64,000 nt of DNA from Mobula hypostoma (Eukaryota). Shown in pieces: positions 24,901 through 37,549 of this stretch (positions are counted from its first letter, which is position 1; each line of letters starts with the position of its first letter). The position numbers and the translations under genes are program-made. The notes under the pieces were generated by a model, which was not told the origin of the DNA, ran no database searches, and saw only the letters and a list, made by a program, of their open reading frames with translations. Location of the stretch: NCBI RefSeq assembly GCF_963921235.1, contig NC_086097.1, forward strand, positions 250,048,001 to 250,112,000, given 5' to 3'.

Positions 24901-24998
24901 TGGCTTGTCTGACTTTAATAGAAACTGCTCAGTGGCGCCCCCCTTCAAGTGGCTCCCAGGGCACGTGCCATACCTGCCATACCTTAGATACGTCACTG
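21983..24998 (-). mobile_element. Complete but decayed hAT transposon (Tip100/ZMYM1-like transposase) with TIRs and 8-bp TSD
   Basis: Termini CAGGGGCGTACCTACGG and (reverse complement) CAGTGACGTATCTAAGG; TSD GACGTCCA (21975-21982) / GACGCCCA (24999-25006); fragments WLAYSPSKKSAFCICC, QCYDNAA, CDNHSLNL, ETRWSAR, SCERSFSKLKLI. Confidence 0.92.
22148..24806 (-). pseudogene. hAT transposase pseudogene (TTF-type Zn finger, DUF4371-like region, catalytic core, dimerisation domain) with several frameshifts and stops
   Basis: Consecutive minus-strand ORF pieces 24351-24806, 23986-24219, 23057-23623, 22917-23135, 22503-22907 and 22148-22537. Confidence 0.85.
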
Positions 24999-25524
24999 GA
25001 CGCCCATTATTAAGGACCCCCATCACCCAGGATATGCCCTCTTCTCATTGTTACTGTCAGGAAGCCTGAAGGCACACACCCAACAATTCAGGAAGAGCTT
25101 CTTTCCCTCTGCCATATGATTCCTTAAGTGGACATTGAACCCATGAACCCTACCTCATTTTTTTGCAGTAAATATTATTTATATTTTTGCATTTTTAAAA
25201 TCTATTCAATATACATAATTGATTTATTTTTCTTTCTTTATTATCATGTATGGCATTGAACTGCTGCTGCTAAGTTAACAAATTTCACGACACACACTGG
25301 TGATATAAACCTAATTCTGATTCTGAAAACTGTGATCTCAAATTTCCACTCCCTTGTGGCTTTGGGAGTAAACGCTGAGGAAAAATCTGGAGCCTGGGTC
25401 CCTAAGGCAGACTTGACTTCAACACTGACTGGCAACTCCTGCGATGCCATTGGCGCCAAAATGTATCAATCTCTACCATTCCTTTGGATTCATCAGCTGC
25501 ATGGAGAGCAGGAGCCTGCTACAT

Positions 25525-25560
25525 GTCCTGACAAAGGGTCTCGGCCTGAAACGTCGACTG
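25525..25560 (+). ncRNA. Best-preserved hammerhead-like motif copy (G8 to A) heading an ORF-less PLE-derived unit (~25525-25608)
   Basis: GTC-CTGACAA-AGGGTCTCGGCCT-GAAA-CGTC-GACTG. Confidence 0.65.
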
Positions 25561-25714
25561 CACCTCTTCCTAGAGATGCTGCCTGGCCTGCTGCGTTCAC
25601 CAGCAACTTCACTGCCTTGTGTATCATGTAGACAGCTGGGACACAATGTCCATGGTTGATTCTAACAAATGGAGGGCCTCACCTAACTTGTGTGCTGGAA
25701 ATAGTGGAAAGTGT

Positions 25715-26259
25715 TGTAACTCTCACTTCCGCTAGTGGCTTAATATAGGGGGTGATAGCCTCTGGTCTGGCCAAACTTACGAAGTCTCATTTGGGAGGAT
25801 GCTGCGTGACATGTCTCCTGTTACAAATCAGTATCACGAAATAGCACAGTACATAATATGCGACTAAACAATTGAGCTTTATAATTCTTAATTTGACTAT
25901 GTGGTTAGTAAAGAAACAACAAAAAAGAAAAGGACCCCTTCTCCTGAAACAGTTGGAGCTCACTGATAAGGCGGTTCGTCCACCATCGACCTCCTCCGAT
26001 CGTCGCTGCGTCCACTCTGTTCGGCGGTGTACCAACTCTCTCCATTCGCGTCTTCTCTCCTCATCTCTCCCCGGCAAAAGACAGCGAATTCCCGACTCCC
26101 AGACACACAAGAAAGAACAACATCTCACTCATTGGCTAACGTGCCCCGTTATCTCTAGTCGTAACCCAAACATTGCTGCTACACAGAAACCATTATCTTA
26201 GCAGTGCAACATTACAGAGAAGCCATTACATTAGCAGTGAAACCTTACAGTGTGTTACG
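25715..26259. mobile_element. Probable solo LTR
   Basis: Begins TGTAAC and ends GTTACG (inverted termini, last base mutated); 4-bp flanks GTGT/ATGT; CpG-richer than its surroundings. Confidence 0.5.
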
Positions 26260-27672
26260 ATGTTTTGTTCTATCATGATCTTTTGTATTGCCATACTGGC
26301 AGTTGTATCCTCAGTGCTTGGTTAGTAGTGGTTCTGTTAAATCCTGGTGTCTGGTTGTCATCTAGGTGTGCCTCTACCTTTGATGATTTTTCCATGTGGT
26401 GTTAAGCATGGAATAACGATTCGTTAGTTGGTGAGTGTTAATTGGCACCATGTGATTTGCCCTGATACCACGATACTCCATGTTGTCTGTTAACCTGTTT
26501 GGAGCATTAACTCCTGATTGTGCTACTACCCCGGTGATAGGACATATCCAGAAATACTTACTTTTAAATTTGTGTCTGTGCTGAGAAGTACTGTATGTTT
26601 TCCGGTCCTGTGACGGTCAGTTGATGTTATTGAAGAGAATGTTACATGATTGACTGGGCTGGATTCACCTTCATTGGATCAGAATCCAGTGTGTGGGTTT
26701 GCAATGGATGGCTTGTCTATTTTTCTTATTCCTGTTATATCATTCAGTATAATCATTGAGCTTGCTTAGTGCAGGTTAGAAGTCAGATTAAAGTGGAAAA
26801 TGTTGCTGAGAGTTTGGAATTGTATTTAAGCTAGATGGCGTCAGGATGGCTGATTGCCTTCCTTAAAGGCCATTATTCAAGGACTTGGTAGTTTCATTAG
26901 TCAGTAATATACCCATTATACTGTAGATTATAGCAGCAGCCTTTTGATAAATGGAAAATCCTTCATCCATTGACAGGCCGTTCTCAGACAGTTTCCACAA
27001 AAATCTCACAAACTGTGTCTTTCTGCTGTTCTCCAAATTTTTATAAGACTCTTCATTTATTGAGTTTAAGTTGTTTTGAATATAATAATTTCACATACTC
27101 CTGGTAGTGAAATGGTTATTCTTTTTCCTTGTTAACTGTTGTTTCTGATATGCTCAATAAAAATGTCAGTCACTGGGGCACCAAAGGCTTTGGCTTGGTT
27201 TAGTTTTCAGTGTTTTATGTAATGGAAGTCTGCTCCAGATGTTTTTTTATTCAATGTAACAACTTCTAAATTGTTGGAAGCAGTTGCTTTGAAGTCATTT
27301 CAACTTTAGACATGAGTATTTTGTTTACTTGGTTTGATGGTTTCAAATAAATTTAGAATCCAAGATTTAACGAAAAATAAGTTTGTGTTTTAGAATCTCA
27401 AAAGTTGACTATGTAATGACTGAGTAAGGCTCTTATGAAATGTTTCATTTAATCAACAGATAGATAATTAAAGCATTTTCCTCAACTCGTTATAACTTAA
27501 GAAATTATAATAATTCCAAAGATTTAACTAATTTTGCCATTTTTGAAAATCCTTGCATAATAGTCAAAATCAGAATCAGATTTAATCTTACTAGCATACG
27601 TTGCGAAATATGTTCATTTGTGGCAGCAGTACATTGCAATATATAATTTAAAAACTGTAAATTATAGAAAAT

Positions 27673-27730
27673 TGTGTGTGTGTGTGTGTGTGTATGTGTG
27701 TGTGTGTGTATGTGTGTGTGTGTGTGTGTA

Positions 27731-27773
<43 letters not shown>

Positions 27774-27794
27774 ATATATGTGTGTGTGTGTGTG

Positions 27795-27825
<31 letters not shown>
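27673..27825. repeat. Compound (TG)n/(TA) microsatellite inside a Rex1/Babar-like 3' end (27565-28175, minus strand)
   Basis: Read directly from the sequence. Confidence 0.95.
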
Positions 27826-29664
27826 AATGTTAAAGTTAAATAAATACTGCAAGAAGAGGGAAAAAAGTAGTGAGGTAGTGTACATGGGTTCCATGTCCAT
27901 TCAGAAATCTGATGGCAGAGGGGAAGAAGCTTTTCCTGAATCTTTGAGTGTGAGTCTTCAGGCTCCTGTACCTCCTTCCTGATGGTAGCAATGAGAAGAA
28001 GGCATGTCCTGGGTGATGAGGGCCCTTAATGAAGGATGCCTCCTTTTTGAGGCATCACTCCTTGAAGGTGTCCTGGATGCTGTGGAGGCTGGTGCCCGTG
28101 ATGGAGCTGACTGAGTTCACAACTCTCTGCAGCTTATTTCAATCCTGTGCAGGACCCCACACCATACCAGACAGAGGGAGGTACACTATATAGACATGCA
28201 TGGGCAGGTGGCATTTGATGTTGAGACCATGATTTTAAGATATGTCCCACAACAAAATAGTCTGCATCTTAAATGAAAGCAAGTTATTCTAGTTGAACTT
28301 GTGAATGTTAAATTATTGACAGTTTGGGTCTATTTGCATTTGCTTATGCTTTTGATTTTGAGTCCATGTCATGAACGAAGTCTGTCTTTGGATTCAGTCT
28401 TCCTGTTTGTTCCGTTTGTGGTGCTGTATTGCAAGCAGACATTTCAATAAATTTACCTCAGGTTTGCAATTGAATGTTAGATCGAGGCAGTAGTAGCTAA
28501 GTTTTCTTTGCTGTACTTAGTTTAACAGTTATGCCCGAGTTCTGTGTGTTAATTTTATAATGGACAAAAAAACTACTTTTGTATGTTTGAAATCGTGCAT
28601 ATTTAGTTAAGAGACTTAATGCAGTGTTGATATAAAGGAAACTTCCAGCAAAGGAAATGACATAATAAAAATATTATGATTAAAAACTTGTAATAAGCCT
28701 CTTATTTCTTAACCATTTTCAACTTTAGACTGTTACCTCCTAAATTATTATTCATCCTCTCTTTACATAATCAGCATCTTGCTTTTTGCAGATCAATAAA
28801 CCCCATTACCCTTACCAAACTGCAGTTTAACTTTGTATTTTAACAGCAAATGTATACATAGGAATGATTATTCCACTTTGGTCCATTGAGGTTATGTGGT
28901 TTACCCTGAAACACACAGAGTTTGTACATAGATATACTGTATATATCAATACCTGTATAGATGGCAAATCCAAGTTTCCACCACTTGGCTTGCAGATTTC
29001 TAGGAATTGCCTAGAATTTGTCAGTTTGCACCTGGAATATTCAGGCTACTGATTACTTTTGAAATACTTTTTGCCTTTGTAGGGGATGATAGATTCATTA
29101 AATCTAGCTGACAAACATGAGTTTTGAGAAATAAAGTATGGCCAATTGCATATTCCTTGTGATTTAAGAGGACAACCATTGAATGTGCTGTTTTATAAAT
29201 TATATGGTCTAAAATGAACACAATTCATTTACTCTGAAGAGGAAAACTAGACGATCTCAAATGTACACGTTACATTTGCTTTTTCATGATGAGCTAAAAG
29301 GAAAACGCTTACAAATATGTATTGCTGTTTTGGCGATTGTACTTCAGCTTTACTGATTCCTAGTACAGTAATGCCTTTCAGTGTCATTTAGCATTTTGAG
29401 GCATCTGGAAAGTTGACTTTCACTTTTTGATCATCACACAACTTTATTGGTTCTTTTTATTCATTCTTGGAACATGAACGTTGCTGGTGAGACCAGCATT
29501 TATTTCCTAACCTGCTTTTCCCATGAAGAGGATGCAGTTAGCTGCCTTCTTAAGTAATTGCAGTCTATGGTTGGGTTTGCCAGTGTTGGATTCCAGCCGT
29601 AGTGTTGTTGGTAAGGCTTGCTTTGGGTGTGGCTTGTGGACAGAGCCTCAAAAGTCTTGTATTA

Positions 29665-29797
29665 CATTTCAGACGACATCCACAGTAAAGGAGCATTGCA
29701 CTTAACAGACCAAAATGTCTCCTTTAACTGTGGATGTTGTCTGAAATGATATTATATCAGTGAAAGATAAAAATGATACTATATCGGTGAAAGATAA
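29665..29797. repeat. ~33-bp inverted repeat followed by a 27-bp tandem duplication
   Basis: catttcagacgacatccacagtaaaggagcatt / aatgtctcctttaactgtggatgttgtctgaaatg, then aaatgatattatatcagtgaaagataa twice (29744-29797). Confidence 0.85.
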
Positions 29798-31609
29798 ATA
29801 AGAAAGTCTAACACAGGATATGACAGATACCCATTCCGGGCAAACGATTCTTATTTTATGGGAATGCATCCTCAAATTATGTGCTGTTACATTTAACAGT
29901 AAACTCAAAATCTAGAGGCCACATTCCAGTCCATTCAGAGTGGGGAGAAAAAAAATGTGCTTTCTTTTAAAAAGAAAATAATTGTTAACATTTTCCTGCC
30001 AGGGTGAACACTTGTTATTTCCCTAATGTAGGCGCCGGATACGTATGACAGGAATATGCGGTGATAGCCCAAGTGCAGAGGGAGCAACACTGAAGTGGAT
30101 GGATAATTCACAGACTTAGTAAGAACTGTGCACAATTAAAGGAAAAACAATAAATGCTAGGTCAACAGGGCTGTTATCTAGAATTCCCAAACTGAAAGCC
30201 AATGCTGACATTGCGGTTCAGAAGCAATAACAGCACTAGATAAATACCACTTCTTTATGGCATCAATCTAAACTGTAGTCTTCTTTCCTGGGAAGCAGGG
30301 AGTGTTGACATTGTTGTGTTTTTGGTCAAGACTCGATAAAACTGAAACGAGACGAAGGGAGTTAAGTACCACCACAATGAAGCACTGAATAGCTGGAATG
30401 TGCAGAATGTGCGTGCTCACAAGTACGATTGCTGCCCCCATTCCACAGCACGCCTGGGAGGGCGCACAGACCCTGAGGCAGATTCCACGTTTGTGACAGT
30501 ATGTTCTCCTCATCAAACTTCAGGAATCACTATGCTTCATGACATTAGCTTTGAACTTTAAACATCAACAAGAGTGGCTGCTAGTAACTATGAATATTAA
30601 TAAAAACACTTGGGTCTAGTGCTCAGCTGCTTGAGGATTGCCTGAACAATGGAGACTGGTGATTCAAGACAAATAAAGATATGAATCATGATCTGAGGGG
30701 TTTTCTGTGAAAGTTGCATCTGTGCAGTTGATTGGGGAAAGGTAGAGCAGACACGATAGACCGAATGGCCTAATTCTGATTCTATGTTTTATAATCACCA
30801 TGTCCCATTATTTTATAATGATAGATGTGTGCCAGTTATTAGCAGTTTTATAAGGAGATAGACATGTCCTTTTTGGTATTGCTCCCCAGTATTATATGCC
30901 AGTAGACCTATGTCTGCCAATACTGTACGACTGTGCCCCATCATTATGTGATGATTGAACTATGCCTGCCAGTAATGTAGCCCCAGGCCACTGGTATTGT
31001 GCTGCAGTGTTTTAGTGTGAATCTGTGGCTGCTGTTCCTGAACCCCTGTATCTTGATCTCCATGGGCAGCTGTGTATGGACTCAGGCCCAGGAGATTGGA
31101 CTGGGCCCAATCTGCTCCCTTGTTTTCTGGTTCCTGAGGCCACGTCTGGCAATGGTGAGCTTCATGTGCCAGCATTGGGCGGGCCACAGATGATGTGCAG
31201 AGTGGTTGGGGGTATTTCACTAATTAGACCGTGGAGAATTGTTGTGTGAAGTAATATGTAACTTTGTAAAAGTCTTCAGTGAGGTATCGACAAGAATAAA
31301 TACCTCCAGTTGCTGAGTGTACTATGGTAGTCTGAGAATGTTTTCTCAGTTTTTCTTTTATTTTTCTACTGCCCCTATATTTTTCTGTTAATGTTTCTTT
31401 CCATGCTATATGACAGAAATGGCAAATTTAGGAGGTTGTTTTACAGCCATTTTTATTTGTTGAAATGCTTTGCTGCAAATTAATTTGATTCATTATTTTA
31501 TGCTAAACCTTTAATTTCACTGATTTCATTTATTTTGATCTTGGATATGTTCACAAATTGAGTGCTCACTCCATTCCAGGTAAAGAATTCCAAAGAACTA
31601 ATATTTTAT

Positions 31610-31965
31610 CAAGTATTGAAAGGCCTAGACTGAGTGAATATGGAGAGGATGTTTCCTCTGATGGGGGAGTCTTAAGACCAGAGGACACAGCCTCAGAATA
31701 CAGGGGAGTCCTTTTAGAACAGAGATGAGAAGGAATTTCTTTATTCAGAGGGTGGTAAATCAGTGGAATTCATGGCCACAGGCAAATGTGGAGGCCAAGT
31801 CATTGTGTATATTTAAAGCAAGCGTTGAAAGGTTCTTAGTTAGTCAAAGGTTACAGGGAGAAGGTTACTTGGGATTGAGATAGATAATGGATCAATCATG
31901 ATGGATTGGCAGAGCAAACTTGATGGGCCAAGTGGCCTAATTCTGCTTCTACATCTTTTGGTCAT
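31610..31965 (+). mobile_element. CR1-type LINE 3' end
   Basis: aagaccagaggacacagcctcagaata...aggaatttcttt...ggcctaattctgcttct tail. Confidence 0.75.
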
Positions 31966-33065
31966 ATTTTAAGTACGTATTTGTTTCTGTGGTATTTGAA
32001 TAGATAATACCTTACTCTAAGATTGCATCTTCAAAATTTGGATTCTATAATTTGAGAAAAGAGCCTCTCACTGTCAATTCTGTTGGTTCCTCCTAGAATC
32101 TCTTGTGTCCCACTGAGATGATAACTTGTTCTAATTCTAGTGAATGTGGGACAGTATCTTTCCTTGTAGGAAACATCCAGAAAACTGGTGAATCTATGCT
32201 GCACTGGCTGAATGTTGAGTATATCCTCCTATAGGTCTGGAAATAATTGTTGCACACATTGCTCCAAATTAAATTTCAATCAAGCCCCATATAATCTCTG
32301 CAAGACTTTCTTAGTATTGTAGTTTAACACCCTTACCACAAAGGCCAATTTGCACTGAAGCGACTCTATACTTATGTCGTATTTCATAATGCATTCCATC
32401 AGTATTGCCCTGCATGTCAACATTTAAGTTTGCAACTGCTGAAAAATGCTATAGTTCTGCTGTCAGTGGTTGCATAACCAGGACTTGTGATATGCACCAC
32501 CTGCTGCCATGGCTTCACATGACCCTGATTGGGGGGAGAGGGGGTGCTAAGCTGGTGCTGCACCTTACCTAAGCAAGATCTGCAGGCTAGCGGAGGGAAG
32601 GACTGCCTTACACATCCTTTGGTAGAGACGTATCCCCATTCTGCCACCCGCATTATCAACAAGATGTGTTAAATTCCATTGTCACTAAGGTCTCTTGATC
32701 TCTGTCCTTGCTAACATTGCATCTCAACCTTGTGAGTCATAGAGTACTACAGCACGAAAGCAGGCCCTTCAGCCCAACTGGTCTATGCTGATGATAGCAT
32801 TCTCCCTCTAGTCCCAATTGCTCATGGTCAACCCATAACCCTCCCCACATCTACCAATCTAAATACCTCTTAAATGTTGCAACTCTACCTGTCTCGGTGA
32901 CTTCCTCTGGCTCCTCATTCTGTGACCTTTTGTGTAGTGCCTCATCAGATGTTTGTTTTTAATATCAATATATTACACCCACCAGCTCTTACCCCTCTCG
33001 ATCAAGTCTATCCATTAGTTTCTCAGAGTTCCATTAGATATTGTTGAACATGATTTTCCTTTCAT

Positions 33066-33468
33066 ATCAGAATCACGAGCACCAGCATATGTTGTGAAAT
33101 GTGTTGTTATGCGGCAGCAGTGCATTGCAATAAGTAATAAAAAGAACTGTAAATTACAGTTAAAAATATATAAATAAAATAAATAGAGCAAAAAAAGAAG
33201 AAAAAAGTAGGGAGGTAGTGTTCGTGGGTTCAATGTCCATTCAGCAATCTGATGGCAGAGGGGAAGAAACCATTCTTGAATCATTGAGTGCGTACCTTCA
33301 GGCTCCTGTACCTTCTCCCTTATGGTAGCAATGAGAAGAGGACATATTCTGGATAATGGGGAGGACATGTTCCTAATAATGGATGCCGCCTTTTTGAGGA
33401 TTCGCTCCTTGAAGATGTCCTGGATGCTGGGGACGCTAGTGCCCCTGATGGAGCTGACTGAGTTCACA
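33066..33468 (-). mobile_element. Rex1/Babar-like LINE 3' end
   Basis: Peptide SIQDIFKERILKKAASIIR and the family tail. Confidence 0.65.
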
Positions 33469-34332
33469 TCTCACATTACTTCACCATAGTTGTACAATCA
33501 TATTAAGATTTTTGAATAATCTGTTATATCCACAATAATACATTCTGCTGTTTTCTCTGATTTTAAACTCTCTGGTGTATATTTTCCTGTTTTCTATCTC
33601 CCTTTTTTGAATAGCAGTGTCATAGTCACAATATTCCAACATGATGTTGCTCCAATATCCAGGCGATGTTGAAAGTTCACTTTTGCATCCACTGACTCCA
33701 CTACCCTTAAATTTATAACTCTGGGATTCAGATCAACATGTCTGGTAGTTTTCTTGGCCTCTAATCTCTTTAATTTCAACAGTAGTTTCTTCTCTGATAC
33801 CAATTTATTTACATTGCCTACTGCAGTTAGAGTATGGTTCCTCCATTTTTCATTTAAATTCTTCTCATCAAAATGAATGAAGTACCTTTCATTAAACCTT
33901 TACAGATTCTTCATGCCCCTGGATATCACAAAGTAGATCTGATCATATAAAAAGGAGCAAACGTATTCAGCATCCTTGCTACACCCAATGTTTAGAAGTA
34001 CATAGAAGTACTCATTCCATTTGATAATCTATGACCGGGGAATGAGAGCCACTGCTTTAATAGGAGTAGAGACTGGTTTTCGTGATTAACCAAGATCCTC
34101 TTTTCATTTTCATTATTTACTAATGCTGCCAGGATCTGAGCACAGCCAGATTTGGAAAGACTTGGTATAGACTCTTTGATCTTTATATTCCAAAAACTCT
34201 GTATCGATCATGGGGCCTAAAGGTTAACACAAAATCCTGTGTTGAGTGGGGTTATGAGATTAATTGTGGATAGTGGCAAACACAATAAAAGTTCAAACTT
34301 CATAAAATTAAAGAAAAAATCCTACCACAACT

Positions 34333-37300
34333 CATGGGAGATTTTAACATATAGGTCGATTGGGAAAATCAGCTTGGTAATGGATCTTGAGAGTGAGTTT
34401 GTGAGTGCCAAAAGGCTGATATATACTTGTGCGTCAAATGTTCGCCGTAGGTACGGCGTAGCGGCGCACCCTATGCTGTACTCTACGCAAACCCTATGCC
34501 GTAGCCTAACACGCACCTCTCCCAAAATGTAACTACGCGTCGCGGCGATGCAGACCGCAACAACTGTGATTGGTCTACTTGGTAGCATCGCATTTCCTCC
34601 TACGCTGCAATAACTTCCCATTGGGCGACTGAAGGGCAGGTAAGGAATTCTGGCTGCAATGCTTTCCATAAAGCTTTACAGACCTCCGAAATTATAGAGA
34701 ACCCTGTGCTTGATGCCACTTTGTATCTAGCTGCTACAGCCTGTTGACTTCCACCTGAAGCTAAAACTCGAATGGTGATTGCCAGTCTTTGAGTAAACTG
34801 TGTGTACACTGATGCGATATTAATGGTTGGAGGCGATGAACCAAATCGTCAAATCTACCAGCAGACATCCAAAAATATTTGAAATGCATTTCCTCGTCCT
34901 TGTCTCTCAGTGGCCGGACAAGCACAGAAAATTCACCCTCCTTCAGTTTCAGTCGCCACTGTTTGAAGTTTGAGTTTCTTTGTGTTGAATTTCAACACGA
35001 AGAAACTCAACACAGTGGCATAGAAACCTCACTGCCAACTAGCGTTTTGGCGGTGAATTGCAGCACAACGCAGACACACCAATGCACAAGTATAAATGCT
35101 CACAACAGCGTCGCTCACTTGCGTAGGCTATGACATAAGCTAGTATGCACAAGTATAAATCAGCCTTAAGAGATGGCTTTTTAGAGCAGTTTGTCATTGA
35201 GCCTACTATGAGCTATACTGGATTGGGTGTTATCTAATGAACCAGAGGTGATTAGGGAGCTTAAGGTGAAAGAACCCTAAGGAACCAGTGATCACAATAT
35301 GATTGAGTTCAACTTGCAATTTGATAAGGAGAAAGTAAAGTCTGGTGTAGCAGTATTTCAGTGGAGTAAGGGAAATTACAGCGGTATGAGAGAGGAAAGT
35401 AAATTGGAAGGAGATGCTGGCAGGGGTGTCAGCAGAGCAGCAATGGCGTGCGGTTCTGGGTAAAATGAGGAAGGTGCATTTATCAAAAATGAAGAAGTAT
35501 TCAAATGGTAAAATAGTACAACCATGGCTGACAAGGGAAGTCAAAGCTAATGTAAAAACAAAAGAAAGAGCATACATCAAAGCAAAAATTAGTGGGAAGA
35601 TAGAGGATTGGGAAGTTTTTAAAAACTACAGAGAGCAACTAAAAAAATCATTAGAAAAGAAAAGATGAAATATGAAAGCAAGCTAACAAATAATATCAAA
35701 GTGGATAGTAAAGTTTTTTCAAGTGTATTAAAAATAAAAGAGAAATGAGAGTGGATATAGGACAGCTAGAAAACGATGCAGGAGAAATAATAACGAGGGA
35801 CAAGGAGATGGCTGATGAACTAAATGAGTATTTTGCATCAGTCTTCACTGTGAAAGACACTAACAGTATGCCTGATGTTATAGTGTGTGAAGAAAAGAAG
35901 TGGGTGCAGTTACTATTACAAGAGAGGACGTGCTCAAAAAGCTGAAAGACCTAAAGGTACATAAGCCAACCAGACCAGATGAACTGAAAGAGGTAGAGTT
36001 AGAGATTATGGTGGCATTAGAAATGATCTTTCAAAAATCATTGGACTCTGGCATGGTGCCATAGGACTGGAAAATTTTAAATGTTACTCCACTCTTTAAG
36101 AAAGGAGAAAGGCAGCAGAAAGAAAATTGTAGACTAGTTAGCCTGACCTCCATGGTTGGGAAGATGTTAAAGTCGATTGTTAAGGATGAGGTGATGGAGT
36201 ACTTGGTGACACAGGACAAGGTAGTACAAAGTCAGCATGGTTTCCTTCAGGAAAAATCCTGCCTGACGATCTTGTTGGAATTCTTTGAGGAGATTACAAG
36301 TAGGATAGATAAAGGGGGTGCTGTGGATGTTGTATATTTGGACTTTCAGAAGGCCTTTGAGAAGGTGCCACACATGAGGCTGCTTACCAAGTTAAGAGCG
36401 CATGGTATTACAAGACAGTTACGAACATGGTTAGAGCATTGGCAGATTGGTGGAGGCAGCGAGTGGGAATAAAAGGATTCTTTTCTGATTGGCTGCCAGT
36501 GACTAGTGGTATTCCACAAGGGTCAGTGTTGGGACCACTTTTTATGCTATATGTAAATGATTTAGATGATGGAATAGATGGCTTTGTTGCTGAGATTGCA
36601 GATGATACAAAGATTGGTGGAGGGGCAAGTAGTGTTGAGGAAACAGGTAGGATGGAGAAGGACTTAGACAGATTAGGGGAATGGGCACGAAAATATCAAA
36701 TGAAATACAATGTTGGAAAATGCATGGCCATGCACTTTGATAGCAGAAATAAATGTGTGGACTATTTTCTAAAAGGGGAGAAAATCCAAAGATCTGAGAT
36801 GCAGAGGGACTTGGGAGTCCAAATGCAGAACACCCTAAAGGTTAACTTGCAGGTTGAGTCGATGGTGAGGAAGGCAAATGCAATGTTAGCATTCATTTCA
36901 GGAGGTCTAGAATACAAGAGTAAGGATGTGATGCTGAGGCTTTATAAGGCACTGGTGAGGCCTCACCTTGAGTATTGTGAATAGTCTTGGGCTCTTCAGC
37001 TTAGAAAAGATGTGCTGGAATTGGAGAGGGTCCAGAGGAGGTTCACAAGGATGATTCCAGGAAAGAAAGGGTTATCATATGAGGAACTTTTGATAGCTCT
37101 GGGTCTGTACTCGCTGGAGTTCAGAAGGATGAAGGGGGATCTCATTGAAACCTTTTGCATATTGAAAGGTCTAGACAGAGTAGATGTGGAAAAGATACTT
37201 CCCATGGTGGGAGAGTCTAGGACAAGAAGGCACAGCCCCAGGATAGAGGGGCACCCTTTCAAAACAGAAATGCGGAGAAATTTATTTAGCCAAAGGCAGT

Positions 37301-37524
37301 GAATTTGTGGAATTTGTTGCCACATAGAGCTGTAGAGGCCAGGTTGTTGGGTGTATTTAAGGCAGAGATTGTTAGGCTCTTGATTGGACATGGCTGCAAA
37401 AGTTACAGGGAGAAGGCTGGGAACTGGAGCTGAGGAGGAGGAAAAATAGGATCAGACATGATTGAATGGTGGAGCAGGCTTGATGGGCCAGATGGCCTAA
37501 TTCTGCTCCTATGTCTTATGGTCT
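34333..37524 (+). mobile_element. CR1-type LINE, long 5'-truncated degenerate copy (APE end + RT + 3' tail)
   Basis: SQHGF..KSCLT.LLEFFEE, DVVYLDFQKAF, SGIPQGSVLGP, ADDTKIGG, LVRPHLEYC; tail ggcctaattctgctcctatgtcttatggtct. Confidence 0.9.
34413..35166 (-). mobile_element. PIF/Harbinger deletion derivative with transposase N-terminal remnant, inserted into a CR1
   Basis: TIR AGGCTGAT(A/T)TATACTTGTGC at both ends; TSD AAA/TAA; peptide [48 protein letters not shown] is typical of Harbinger/HARBI1-like transposases. Confidence 0.85.
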
Positions 37525-37549
37525 AATGCTGTCTGTATAGGTTGTAAGC

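Larger units (their letters stand above)
21875..25325 (+). mobile_element. Rex1/Babar-like LINE 3' fragment split by the hAT insertion
   Basis: caagacatcttcaaggagcagtgcctcaagaagacgacgtcca [hAT] ttattaaggacccccatcacccagga re-forms the sequence seen at 14895-14960. Confidence 0.7.

Noticed and set aside
27505..27982. ORFs with (TH)n / (CV)n repeats
   Set aside because: Translations of a (TG)n microsatellite, not genes.
29286..29355. ATGATGA...CTGA spaced like a C/D box snoRNA
   Set aside because: No terminal stem, no recognisable rRNA/snRNA guide, and no clear C'/D' boxes; expected by chance.
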